A stretch of 64,000 nucleotides of DNA from Spirochaetales bacterium (GTDB taxonomy: Bacteria > Spirochaetota > Spirochaetia > SZUA-6 > RPPD01). Below the pieces are notes generated by a model. That model searched no databases, had not been told where the DNA came from, and worked only from the letters and a program-made list of their open reading frames with translations. The stretch covers positions 691-64,690 of the forward strand of contig JAFGJO010000034.1 of NCBI GenBank assembly GCA_016929065.1, in the 5' to 3' direction. How positions within the stretch are numbered: position 1 is the first letter of the stretch; each line of letters begins with the position of its first letter. The position numbers and the translations under genes were made by a program. Shown here piece by piece: positions 46,521-55,778 of the stretch.

Positions 46521-47684
46521 ATGATTACAGTCAAAAAAGAAAAAGAAATACCTGTTAAAAAATACCGTCACCCGTGGATTTATCAGAATTCAATTCAGGA
46601 AATTGCAGACTCCGTGGCACACGGGGATATTGTCGCGGTCACAGGACAAGACGGGGAAATTCTTGGTTACGGATTTTATTCTGTAAACAGTAAAATAGCA
46701 TGCAGGATGATTTCTTTCGGCAGTACACAGCCGGAGGCAGACTGGGTGGAAAACCGGCTTGTTGCTGCGAAGGCATTCAGGGAAACACTCTCTATTGGGG
46801 GAGACGCATTCAGGCTGATCAATGCAGAAGGAGATTTTTTTCCGGGCCTGGTCATTGATGTCTACAATACTGTTATTGTCATACGGCCCCTGATTTTTGG
46901 TACAGAAAAACTGCTGCCGGATATCACTGCGGTTTTGCAATCAATGTATCCGGAAAAGCATATATTTCTGAAACGTGATGAAAAAGCAGCCCGCATAGAG
47001 AATTTACAGCACAAAACGGGATTTCTCAAAGGTGAAGCTGATACCATTGTGACAATACATGAAAACGAGATTTCCTATCTGGTTGATATTTTAAACGGTC
47101 AAAAAACAGGTTTTTATCTTGACCAGCGAAATAACAGGCTGCTGTTTGCAGATTATGTTGCTGCCCGGAACGTCTGCAACATGTTTTCCTATTCCGGTGG
47201 ATTTTCCCTGAGTGCATTGAAAGGCGGTGCATCATTCGTGACATCGGTTGATGCGTCAGCATCAGCGCTTGAACTGGGCAGACAAAGTCTGTCCTTGAAT
47301 CACGATCTGGATCATGCAAAATGTGAATGGATCAAATCAGACGCTTTTCAGTATCTTGAACACTGCGGACAGTTTGACGTGATCCTTCTTGATCCCCCCC
47401 CGTTTGCACGTTCAAAAAAAGACCAGGCAAATGCAATCAAGGGGTATCGCCAGCTGAATTTGCTTGCATTAAAGAAAATAAATCCCGGTGGTTATTTATT
47501 CACTTTTTCATGTTCACAGGCAGTGACACGGGATATCTTCATGGAAATCATGACCGATGCCGGAAAGGCGTCAGGAAGAAATATCAGGATCTGCAGGGAG
47601 CTCGCTGCACCCGAGGATCATCCTTTTTCCCCGTTTCACAAGGAGGGGGAATACCTGAAAGGGCTGGTGGTATATGTGGAATAA
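46521..47684 (+). CDS. rlmI: RlmI/RlmK-like SAM-dependent rRNA methyltransferase (PUA domain)
   Basis: HPWIY, RLINAEGDFFPG, GQKTGFYLDQR, FSYSGGFS, LDPPPF, FSCS, EGEYLK. Confidence 0.85.
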   Translation: MITVKKEKEIPVKKYRHPWIYQNSIQEIADSVAHGDIVAVTGQDGEILGYGFYSVNSKIACRMISFGSTQPEADWVENRLVAAKAFRETLSIGGDAFRLINAEGDFFPGLVIDVYNTVIVIRPLIFGTEKLLPDITAVLQSMYPEKHIFLKRDEKAARIENLQHKTGFLKGEADTIVTIHENEISYLVDILNGQKTGFYLDQRNNRLLFADYVAARNVCNMFSYSGGFSLSALKGGASFVTSVDASASALELGRQSLSLNHDLDHAKCEWIKSDAFQYLEHCGQFDVILLDPPPFARSKKDQANAIKGYRQLNLLALKKINPGGYLFTFSCSQAVTRDIFMEIMTDAGKASGRNIRICRELAAPEDHPFSPFHKEGEYLKGLVVYVE

Positions 47685-48126
47685 AATTCAAACGGTTCTG
47701 TTTATTATGATTCTTTTATCCGCTGCAGGGTGTCTTGGCAGCAAAGGCCAGGACACATTAAAAACAGTCCGGATGACCATAAATGGCATTGAATTCACAG
47801 TGGAAATTGCCAAAACAGAAAATGAAAAAACAACTGGATTGATGTTTCGGGAACATCTGGATCAAACTGCGGGGATGATTTTTGTTTATGAAAAAGATAA
47901 AAAAATGTCGTTTTATATGAAAAACACTCTCATTCCATTATCTATTGCATTTCTGAATGCAGAGGGAAAAATCATGCAGATAGAGGATATGGAGCCTCTG
48001 AACCTTGAAACAGTGAATTCACGGGGTGCAGTTCGGTACGCTCTTGAGGTAAATAAGGGTACGTTCGAAAAATACGGTATTACAGAAGGAGACAGGGTTA
48101 TTTTTCCGGAAGGGTTTCCGTATTAG
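47674..48126 (+). CDS. DUF192 family lipoprotein
   Basis: VEIA..GLMFR, GMIFVY, FYMKNTLIPLSIAF, YALEVN; lipobox SAAGC. Confidence 0.9.
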   Translation: MWNKIQTVLFIMILLSAAGCLGSKGQDTLKTVRMTINGIEFTVEIAKTENEKTTGLMFREHLDQTAGMIFVYEKDKKMSFYMKNTLIPLSIAFLNAEGKIMQIEDMEPLNLETVNSRGAVRYALEVNKGTFEKYGITEGDRVIFPEGFPY

Positions 48127-48131
48127 TACAA

Positions 48132-48986
48132 TTATTCGGCAATATCCAGGACAAGATTCTTGATTGGTCCGTCAATTGAAATTTCAATCAGGCCATAACT
48201 GTTTTTTACCTTTGTCGAGATAAATGTGCCGTCTTCGTTTTTCATAAAATCACCCTGTGGGTATTCTAACATGCAGAATGGATTTTTCAAATTTACGCGG
48301 ACAAATGATTTCACGGGCACGGTCAATAAAAGCTGGCTGCTTGCCGAATAAATAATGGCATTTATTTTTTTCTTCTGTGATCCAAAGTTTATCCTGTGCA
48401 CACCATTTGTTGCATGCAATTCCAGATTTTCGAGCTCCAACCCGTTAAAATCAAGGGCAATATCTGCTTCGATGATGCTGATGTCAAAGCGGCAGGGGAT
48501 GCTGCCGGCAAGAGACAGCGACCAGCTGTTTTGTATGCGGAAATGCGGGGAAAGATACGGTTTTGATTTGTTCATTTTTATAATGGACGACAGCCCCAGT
48601 TCCTGAATGTCAATAATCGGTTCAGGCATGGGACCGTACTGATCATAAACAAGCAGATTTTTGGCTGTTTTTGAACGGGCGAGGGTAAAATTGCCAAACG
48701 AGAACTCGATTTCAAAGCGGATTTCCTGAATGCTTTTCGGCAGGGGGATATCAATTGACTTTTCCTTTAACTCATATCGGTTCAGATAATACCTGCGTGA
48801 AAAAGAATCTCGCAGAAACATAATTCCTGCCAGAATGAGGACAATCGGCCACAGTTTTACCGCAAAAGAAAAAACTGATGTTACACTGTTCGGGATGAAA
48901 TTGAGCTGGAATACAATCAGAACCACACCAATCAGTATAAATGTGAAGGAGAGGAGAAAAATCAGTTTTCTGGTTACGGAATTCAT
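48132..48986 (-). CDS. Membrane protein, LiaF/LiaI-like TM N-terminus with a beta-rich C-terminus
   Basis: ILIGVVLI..KLWPIVLILAGI; start placed at ATG 48986. Confidence 0.6.
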   Translation of the reverse strand: MNSVTRKLIFLLSFTFILIGVVLIVFQLNFIPNSVTSVFSFAVKLWPIVLILAGIMFLRDSFSRRYYLNRYELKEKSIDIPLPKSIQEIRFEIEFSFGNFTLARSKTAKNLLVYDQYGPMPEPIIDIQELGLSSIIKMNKSKPYLSPHFRIQNSWSLSLAGSIPCRFDISIIEADIALDFNGLELENLELHATNGVHRINFGSQKKKINAIIYSASSQLLLTVPVKSFVRVNLKNPFCMLEYPQGDFMKNEDGTFISTKVKNSYGLIEISIDGPIKNLVLDIAE

Positions 48987-49130
48987 GGAAAATACTGTAA
49001 AACTTTGAAGTTTATATGTCAATCCAGCGTATTGCGAAATAATTCCGAATAATCTGGACAATGACAAATGATTATTGTTACACTAAAAAGAGACAAAATA
49101 CATGTCTGAAATATGATTTGGAGGTATTAC

Positions 49131-49469
49131 ATGGGGGAATTAGTATCACGGAATGAAATGTCAAAACAGCTGATGAACGGGGTCGGCGGGGTCGGAGCCG
49201 GTATTGGCCTTTTGATAATTAACGGGCTGTCAGGAACTGTCATCCCCTGGATTGCAGCTGGTGTGCTTGGTGTTATTGGCATTGGCATGCTGCTTTCAAA
49301 ATCACAAAAGAAAGCAGGTGTTGTGCTTCTCGGAGCTGGTGCGGTGGCGGGAATTGCAATTGTTGCCAATTTATTCAATCCGCTGTTCTGGCTTGCAGGA
49401 TTGGGGCTTATGGGACTGGGTGTATATTCAATTATAAAATTTTTTATCAATCTGAAAAAGCGGTCATAA
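49131..49469 (+). CDS. Small Gly-rich 4-TM membrane protein
   Basis: Four hydrophobic Gly-rich segments; GGAGG RBS before ATG 49131. Confidence 0.75.
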   Translation: MGELVSRNEMSKQLMNGVGGVGAGIGLLIINGLSGTVIPWIAAGVLGVIGIGMLLSKSQKKAGVVLLGAGAVAGIAIVANLFNPLFWLAGLGLMGLGVYSIIKFFINLKKRS

Positions 49470-49498
49470 GCATCTTTTCCTGCGATTTTTATTGGCAC

Positions 49499-49556
49499 AG
49501 CAGTTCCAGAGCTGAATGAAACAGTGCATTGTTTTGGAACTGCTTCTGTTTTTTTT
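49499..49556 (+). terminator. Long hairpin with U-tract upstream of miaB
   Basis: AGCAGTTCCAGAGC..GTTTTGGAACTGCT followed by a T-rich tract. Confidence 0.6.
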
Positions 49557-49616
49557 CGGTTTTTATTGAGTTATTGGCAGGGTCATGGATGTATACGAAA
49601 GGAATCGGGAAAGCGA

Positions 49617-50930
49617 ATGGCAGAACGCAGATACTGGCTGGAGACATACGGTTGCCAGATGAACAAGGCGGAGTCAGAGGCCCTGGAGCTGGATCTTATG
49701 CAGCATGGATGGCAGCCGGCACAGGAGCCATCACAGGCGCAGCTGGTTCTGTTGAATACCTGTTCGGTCAGAAAAACAGCAGAAGACAGAATATGGGGGC
49801 GGATCGGGAACTTCAAGCATGAAAAACAGAATCGCCCGTTTCTCCTGGGACTGGTCGGCTGTATGAGTCAGCGGCTTCAGAATGAAATACAAAAGGAAGT
49901 CCCGGAAGTTGATATTGTTGTCGGCACCTTTCAGAAAAAAAACTTTATTGAGATCGTTGAGCACGCACTTGCAGAAAAAAGAGGGATCGTCGCCGCACGG
50001 GAAACCCCTTATGAATTTTCAAAAAGTCACTCCAGCGGCGGTTTCAAGGCATATGTCCCGATCATGCACGGCTGTAATAATTACTGTTCATACTGTATTG
50101 TCCCCTATGTCCGCGGACCGGAAGTTTCACGCCCGCCGGAAGATATTTATAACGAAATTGAATCACTGGTAAAAAACGGCGTAAAAGAGATCACTCTCCT
50201 TGGACAGAATGTCAATTCATATAATTATGCCGGTAAACAGGGGCGGGTTTTTTTTATGGATTTATTGAAAACCATCGCAGCCGATTATTGCGGAAATGCC
50301 TGGGTCCGGTTTATGACCTCTCATCCAAAAGACATGACCAGACAGCTGATCGACATTATCGCAGAACACCACCAGCTGTGCCGTCATATACACCTTCCGC
50401 TGCAGCATGCTTCGAACAGAATTCTGGAAAAAATGAACAGGAAGTATACGTTTGAACAGTACCGGGAACTTGTTTTGTACATGAAAAATACTGTCAGAGA
50501 AGTGACCGTAACAACCGATATTTTAATTGGATTCCCGGGGGAAACCGGCGAAGATTTTCAACGCACACTCGATGCCATGAGGGAACTGCGGTTCGATGAT
50601 GCATTCATGTATTATTACAATCCCCGTGAGGGAACTGCGGCATTTGATTATCCTGATACGCTTTCCGGGGAAGAAAAAAAGAAACGTCTTGCAGAGGTGA
50701 TTGCGTTGCAGCGGGAGATCAAACAGGAGAAACTGCAGAGGAAAATAGGATCTGGAGCAATTTCTCTGGTTGAAGAAGTTTCCCGGCGTGACGATACCCG
50801 GTTGCTTGCACGGACAGAACATAATGATATGGTCGTATTTCCCGGAGCTGCTGCGCTCATCGGGACTTTTCAAAAACTCCATATTACTGAATTGAAGGGA
50901 GCGACGCTTGTTGCAGAAATCAAAAATTAA
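49617..50930 (+). CDS. miaB: tRNA-2-methylthio-N6-dimethylallyladenosine synthase
   Basis: TYGCQMN, NTCSVR, GCMSQR, CNNYCSYC, LLGQNVNSY, SHP, TRAM domain. Confidence 0.95.
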   Translation: MAERRYWLETYGCQMNKAESEALELDLMQHGWQPAQEPSQAQLVLLNTCSVRKTAEDRIWGRIGNFKHEKQNRPFLLGLVGCMSQRLQNEIQKEVPEVDIVVGTFQKKNFIEIVEHALAEKRGIVAARETPYEFSKSHSSGGFKAYVPIMHGCNNYCSYCIVPYVRGPEVSRPPEDIYNEIESLVKNGVKEITLLGQNVNSYNYAGKQGRVFFMDLLKTIAADYCGNAWVRFMTSHPKDMTRQLIDIIAEHHQLCRHIHLPLQHASNRILEKMNRKYTFEQYRELVLYMKNTVREVTVTTDILIGFPGETGEDFQRTLDAMRELRFDDAFMYYYNPREGTAAFDYPDTLSGEEKKKRLAEVIALQREIKQEKLQRKIGSGAISLVEEVSRRDDTRLLARTEHNDMVVFPGAAALIGTFQKLHITELKGATLVAEIKN

Positions 50931-50946
50931 AAGGAGGTTATCACCC

Positions 50947-51234
50947 ATGCCCTGGAAATATCTTGGTATAATTATTTGTCTGGTTATTTTGATCATTTTT
51001 ATCGGATTCAATCTTGAGAACAAGGCAACCGTATCATTTGTTTTTGCCTCAATGACAGATATTCCGGTTTATTTTCTGATTCTTTTTTCATTCGCTGTTG
51101 GTGCAATGGTGACTATTCCTGTTTCCATCATCAGCCGCCAGAGGAAAAAAAATAAAAAAGCAAAGGAAGTTGAGGACAAGAAAAACAAAAAAGAAGAAAA
51201 ACAGCTGAAAAAATCAAAAAAAAATGAGGAATAA
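50947..51234 (+). CDS. LapA (DUF1049)-like small membrane protein
   Basis: Two TMs, FIGFNLEN..VSF..IPV..SFAVGA, Lys-rich tail; AGGAGG RBS. Confidence 0.75.
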   Translation: MPWKYLGIIICLVILIIFIGFNLENKATVSFVFASMTDIPVYFLILFSFAVGAMVTIPVSIISRQRKKNKKAKEVEDKKNKKEEKQLKKSKKNEE

Positions 51235-51236
51235 CT

Positions 51237-52373
51237 GTGCGAAAAAAAGCAGATGTTGTAATCTTATTGGTTTTTTTTGTGTTGCTGCCCTCCGCGGTAT
51301 TTGCTGACAAGGTGCCGATCACTATTGAATCAGGGGAATTGCTGGAAAAACAGAATAAATATGACCAGGCTCAGGTTGTCTATGAAGAATGGCTGAAAAC
51401 AGGTGCAGAAAATCCCCGTTTCTTTGAAATACTCAAAAAATGCGGTTCTCTTGAAAAAAATGCTTTTCACGTCATTGAACTGTATTCACATTATCTTCCG
51501 GCAGTAAAAGACCGTGAAAAGCAGAAGGAACTTCTGGTTCATATCGGTGTTCATTATGCAATGCTCGGTGATTATTCTGCAGCGCAAAACTCGTTTGTCA
51601 AGGCATTTACCCCGCTTGAAAAACCGCAAAAAGACCTGTTTATCCTTGCACCAGCGCAGCTTGCCTTGCTTTCCGGCGACCCCGACAAGGCGCTATTATG
51701 GCTACAACAGGTATACCCCGTTCTGTATTATGAGACGGACAAGGCTGAAGCGCTGTATCTGCTGGTGGAAGTTGCGGTGATGAAAAATAACACAGAGTAT
51801 GCCGAGGAAGTACTGGGCAATATTGCGAAAGGGTCACCGTCCTCACCTGCATATGCGCGGGCGCTGTACAGAATTATTGTCTATTTTAACAGCAAGAAAG
51901 ATACCGGGAAAAGTACTGTATACAGGAATCAACTCAAAGAAAAGTTTCCTTCGTCCCCGGAATATCTTGCATTGACGGATAATATCAACGATCCAAAGAT
52001 AATGGTGATGACGCTTCCGCATGAATTTATCGCATTCCAGTCGGAACAGGAAATTATCGCAGAAACCGGTAAATCATCCGGCAAAGAAAAAGATTCAAAG
52101 GCAGTGCCGGTTTTAGAAACACAAACAGATAAAAAAGAGATCACAAACGGATACAGCATTCAGATCGGCAGCTATACCATGCAGGAGAATGCACAATTTA
52201 TTCTTCGGGATGCGGTGAAACTTGGATTTTCCGGTGATATCATTGAAACACAGATACGGGGAAAAACCTATTACCGGGTGTTTATCGGAAGAAACTTGTC
52301 AGAAAAGGAAGCCCAGCAGACGCTCGCGAAGCTGAATGACAAGGGCTTTTCCGGGTTTTTGTACAGTAATTGA
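51237..52373 (+). CDS. Exported TPR + SPOR domain protein
   Basis: Signal peptide, TPR-like helices, YSIQIGSY..NA, YYRVFIG. Confidence 0.85.
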   Translation: MRKKADVVILLVFFVLLPSAVFADKVPITIESGELLEKQNKYDQAQVVYEEWLKTGAENPRFFEILKKCGSLEKNAFHVIELYSHYLPAVKDREKQKELLVHIGVHYAMLGDYSAAQNSFVKAFTPLEKPQKDLFILAPAQLALLSGDPDKALLWLQQVYPVLYYETDKAEALYLLVEVAVMKNNTEYAEEVLGNIAKGSPSSPAYARALYRIIVYFNSKKDTGKSTVYRNQLKEKFPSSPEYLALTDNINDPKIMVMTLPHEFIAFQSEQEIIAETGKSSGKEKDSKAVPVLETQTDKKEITNGYSIQIGSYTMQENAQFILRDAVKLGFSGDIIETQIRGKTYYRVFIGRNLSEKEAQQTLAKLNDKGFSGFLYSN

Positions 52374-52411
52374 ATCAGCGGCATCTTGGGTGTTTTTCCG
52401 CGGTTCAAAAC

Positions 52412-52465
52412 GCAGAAGTTTTACTGCTGTCCCGGAAGCCTTTCGGGAAGCATTAAAACTCCTGC
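52412..52465. terminator. Long imperfect hairpin between convergent genes
   Basis: GCAG-AAGTTTTA-TGCT-TCCCGGAAG / TTTCGGGA-AGCA-TAAAACT-CTGC. Confidence 0.55.
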
Positions 52466-52486
52466 TGATTGAATTGTAACCGGTAA

Positions 52487-53686
52487 TCAGGCGCCGAACT
52501 TCATGATCTTGTCTGCATATCCCAGCGCGATCTGAATGATCGCAGTGGTTTTTACTATACCCCATGAACCTTTTGCACATTCACGTTCACCAAAGGACTC
52601 TGCAGCATCCGGACGAAGATTTAATGTCTTTATAAGAAATGGAATCGGATGAGAGGAATGTGATTTCATCACGGCGGGTGTCGAGTGGTCACCGGTAACA
52701 ACAAGAACATCCGGCTTCAGGGCAAGAATATCCGGAAGTATTTTATCGACCTTCTCTATTTCCGCAACTTTGGCGTCAAAATCGCCGTCCTCACCTTTTG
52801 AATCGGTGTATTTGTGATGAATAAAAAAGTAGGTATATTTTTCCCAGTTACCCTTCAAGGCCGTTATCTGTTCGCTGAGATTTGCACATCCGTCGATGAT
52901 GTCCATCCCCACGATACGGCTGACGCCCTTGTAATCCGGATACACTGCAATCGCCGCAGCATTCAGTTTGAACTGGTCCTTCATGGATGGAATATGGGGA
53001 AGTTCCGCAAATCCGCGCATTAAAACGGCATTCGCCGGATGTTGATCTTTCAATAATTCACACGCCTGTTTGATAAATTCTTTTGCGATCTCCGCTGTTT
53101 TTTTGCCTTTTTCCGATGTGGGAACGGGATCGAGCGGTTTGACATTCGTTTTTTGGGAGTCGGTATCTGCAACATGATCAGAAAGACCCTGCCCGCGAAA
53201 TATGACGCATGCACGGTAATCCTTTACCGGCTGGACAAAAACTTCAACTCCGGGAATATTTACTTTCGAAATAATTTCGCACAGTTTTGCACAGGTTTCT
53301 GTCGGGATTCTTCCCGCACGGCGATCGGTAATATTGCCATTGCTGTCCTGTGTCGCAAAATTGAGCCGTACTGCCACATCCCCGGCTTTCATGGGAAAAC
53401 CAATTCCCATGGCGGCAACAACACCTCTGCCTATGGGATAGGAGAGCGGGTTATAGCCGAATAAAGCCAAATGTCCCGGTGCAGAACCGGGAGTAATACC
53501 GAAATCTATGGGAAGATGCATGCCGGTTTCAGATTCCCGGGCAATTTTGTCAAGGTTCGGTGTATTTGCTGTTTCAAGTTCTGTTTTGCCGTCCGTGTCT
53601 TTCGGCAGTCCGCCGACTCCGTCAAGTACCAGCAGTACTATCTTTTTTTCGTTTTCTGTGATAAGAGTCTGGAGCATGTGATCCAC
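52487..53686 (-). CDS. apgM: 2,3-bisphosphoglycerate-independent phosphoglycerate mutase (ApgM type)
   Basis: VLDGVGG, TELETANTPNLD, PGSAPGHLALFGY, GRG, DRRAGR, DSKGEDG, GDHSTP. Confidence 0.92.
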   Translation of the reverse strand: MDHMLQTLITENEKKIVLLVLDGVGGLPKDTDGKTELETANTPNLDKIARESETGMHLPIDFGITPGSAPGHLALFGYNPLSYPIGRGVVAAMGIGFPMKAGDVAVRLNFATQDSNGNITDRRAGRIPTETCAKLCEIISKVNIPGVEVFVQPVKDYRACVIFRGQGLSDHVADTDSQKTNVKPLDPVPTSEKGKKTAEIAKEFIKQACELLKDQHPANAVLMRGFAELPHIPSMKDQFKLNAAAIAVYPDYKGVSRIVGMDIIDGCANLSEQITALKGNWEKYTYFFIHHKYTDSKGEDGDFDAKVAEIEKVDKILPDILALKPDVLVVTGDHSTPAVMKSHSSHPIPFLIKTLNLRPDAAESFGERECAKGSWGIVKTTAIIQIALGYADKIMKFGA

Positions 53687-53977
53687 AATGACCCTCCTTT
53701 TGCGTATGATGAATTCAATTTTTATGGAAGAGGAGAGAAAAACCCTCTCTTTTTAACGATAAAAGAAAGATACTCCTATTTTACCAAGCGGTCAAGAGTT
53801 GTGAAGAATAATGAAAATTGTTTTTCACTGCAAATTATTCCGGGATATTTTCTTGAAAACAGAATACAAATCATCTAAAGTATATAGGGAGGAAGAAAAT
53901 ACTCAGACTCATGAGAACAGAGCATCCTGTGCGTTTGTTCCGATTGAACAAGATAAATTTACACTAAAGGAGTTTTC

Positions 53978-54133
53978 ATGGAAAACCTCAATATCTCCTC
54001 CTGTAAAGAATGTAAATTTCACCTAAAAGTAACGCATGAATATTGTTATCACCCGAAAAAATATGGAACAATGCTGGAAAACTCGTCGATAATCCCTGCA
54101 TGGTGCCCGCTAAAAAAAGAAAAAGCACCCTGA
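53978..54133 (+). CDS. Small Cys-rich putative Zn-binding protein (51 aa, not in the ORF track)
   Basis: AAGGAG RBS; MENLNISSCKECKFHLKVTHEYCYHPKKYGTMLENSSIIPAWCPLKKEKAP. Confidence 0.7.
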   Translation: MENLNISSCKECKFHLKVTHEYCYHPKKYGTMLENSSIIPAWCPLKKEKAP

Positions 54134-54348
54134 TAACGGATCAATCTGATATTTACGGTTTAATCGATACTCTGTAAAATAAAGTATCGGACGGTTTGCA
54201 CACTCCCAGTGTGGGCCGATAGTACTTTCTGTCTTGAAACGTTTATGATTTCTCTGTATATATGTAGGTAATCAAAAGCACCAGATTAATCATGTCAGCA
54301 TTGAACAGAAAATCGAATCAGGTGGCAACCGAAACAAGGACAGGAATC

Positions 54349-55773
54349 ATGAATTTTTTTACACAGCTTGAAAACAGGATAGAAGTCAAAGGAACACTTC
54401 TGTGTATCGGCCTCGATCCGTCGATAACCATCGAATCCTCCGGTAGTATTGCAGATACAATTTTCGATTACAATAAAAAAATCATTGAACAGACAGCAGA
54501 ATACACTCTTTGTTACAAACCCAATATCGCATTTTACGAGCAATATGGAAGCGAAGGTATCCGCGCACTTGAAAAAACACTGACGTTTATCCCGGAGGAA
54601 ATACCGGTCATACTCGATGCAAAAAGAAGCGATATCGGAAACACCGCAAAAGCATACGCAAAAAGCGTTTTCGGCCATTTCAAGGCAGATGCAGTCACGC
54701 TTAATCCCTATATGGGCAGGGAATCAATCCAGCCTTTCCTTGATTGGAATGACAAAGGATGTTTTTTATTGTGCAGAACATCCAATCCGGGAGCCGCAGA
54801 AATCCAGTTTCTCCAGACCATGCGGCATAAGGGAGAAACACCCGAGAAGCTCTATATCCGCGTGGCAAAACTGGCTGAGGCATTGGGTCCTGCAAACGGA
54901 ATCGTGGTCGCGGGAAATGACCCGGAATCACTTCGGAGCGTACGGGCTGTTTGCCCGGATGTATGGATTCTTGCACCCGGAATCGGGGCGCAGGGCGGAA
55001 CAATATCTGATGCAATCATAAACGGAGCCCGTGAGGACGGAAAGGGCATCATTCCTGTGGTGGTACGGCATATTATCGAGGATGCCGATCCTGGAAAAAA
55101 AGCAAAAGAATACCATGAAGCAATCGGGAAAGCACTCGAAGAGAAAAAGAAAATAAAATCATCAGGGATGAGCCAAAAACAACTGAGGAAAAAGAATCTC
55201 ATTAAACGAATCATACAGCACGGATGCTTCAAGGTCGGAACATTCACCCTGAAGTCCGGAGATCTATCGCCTTTTTATATTGATCTGCGCCGGCTGATCA
55301 GTGATCCGGTGCTGCTCTCGGAGGTAGCGGATGCATACTGTGAACTGCTCGCACCGCTTGTGTATTCTCGGGTAGCTGCCATACCGGTGGCCTCTGTACC
55401 GGTCGGAACGGCAATCTGCCTGAAAACAGGCGAGCCCATGATTTATCCCCGCATTCCGGTAAAAAAGCATGGAAGCGGTGCACCCATAGATGGTGAGTAT
55501 ACTGCTGGTGAAACCGTTGTGCTGGTGGATGACCTGATTTCTGCCGGGGTGAGCAAGGCCGAAGCCCTGGAAGTTCTGCGAGCTGAAAAACTCGTAGTCA
55601 AAGACCTTGTTGTCTTTATTGAACGCGGGACGCGCGGCCGAAAAGAACTTGAACAGTACGGTGTCACCCTCCATGCCTACACAACGATCCAGGAAATACT
55701 TGAGGTATTAAAAGAAATGAACGGTGTCACTGAAGCTGAAATGAAAGCAATCAATGATTTTTTAACTCAATGA
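54349..55773 (+). CDS. pyrF: Fused OMP decarboxylase - orotate phosphoribosyltransferase
   Basis: LCIGLDP, YKPNIAFY, DAKRSDIGNT, RTSNP, LAPGIGAQG; then GTFTLKSG..SPFYIDLR, KKHG, VDDLISAG. Confidence 0.93.
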   Translation: MNFFTQLENRIEVKGTLLCIGLDPSITIESSGSIADTIFDYNKKIIEQTAEYTLCYKPNIAFYEQYGSEGIRALEKTLTFIPEEIPVILDAKRSDIGNTAKAYAKSVFGHFKADAVTLNPYMGRESIQPFLDWNDKGCFLLCRTSNPGAAEIQFLQTMRHKGETPEKLYIRVAKLAEALGPANGIVVAGNDPESLRSVRAVCPDVWILAPGIGAQGGTISDAIINGAREDGKGIIPVVVRHIIEDADPGKKAKEYHEAIGKALEEKKKIKSSGMSQKQLRKKNLIKRIIQHGCFKVGTFTLKSGDLSPFYIDLRRLISDPVLLSEVADAYCELLAPLVYSRVAAIPVASVPVGTAICLKTGEPMIYPRIPVKKHGSGAPIDGEYTAGETVVLVDDLISAGVSKAEALEVLRAEKLVVKDLVVFIERGTRGRKELEQYGVTLHAYTTIQEILEVLKEMNGVTEAEMKAINDFLTQ

Positions 55774-55778
55774 TCAAC

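Noticed and set aside
49492-49508. Second sigma54 promoter (TTGGCACAGCAGTTCCA)
   Set aside because: The -12 element is CC rather than the invariant GC, and the sequence is part of a hairpin arm.
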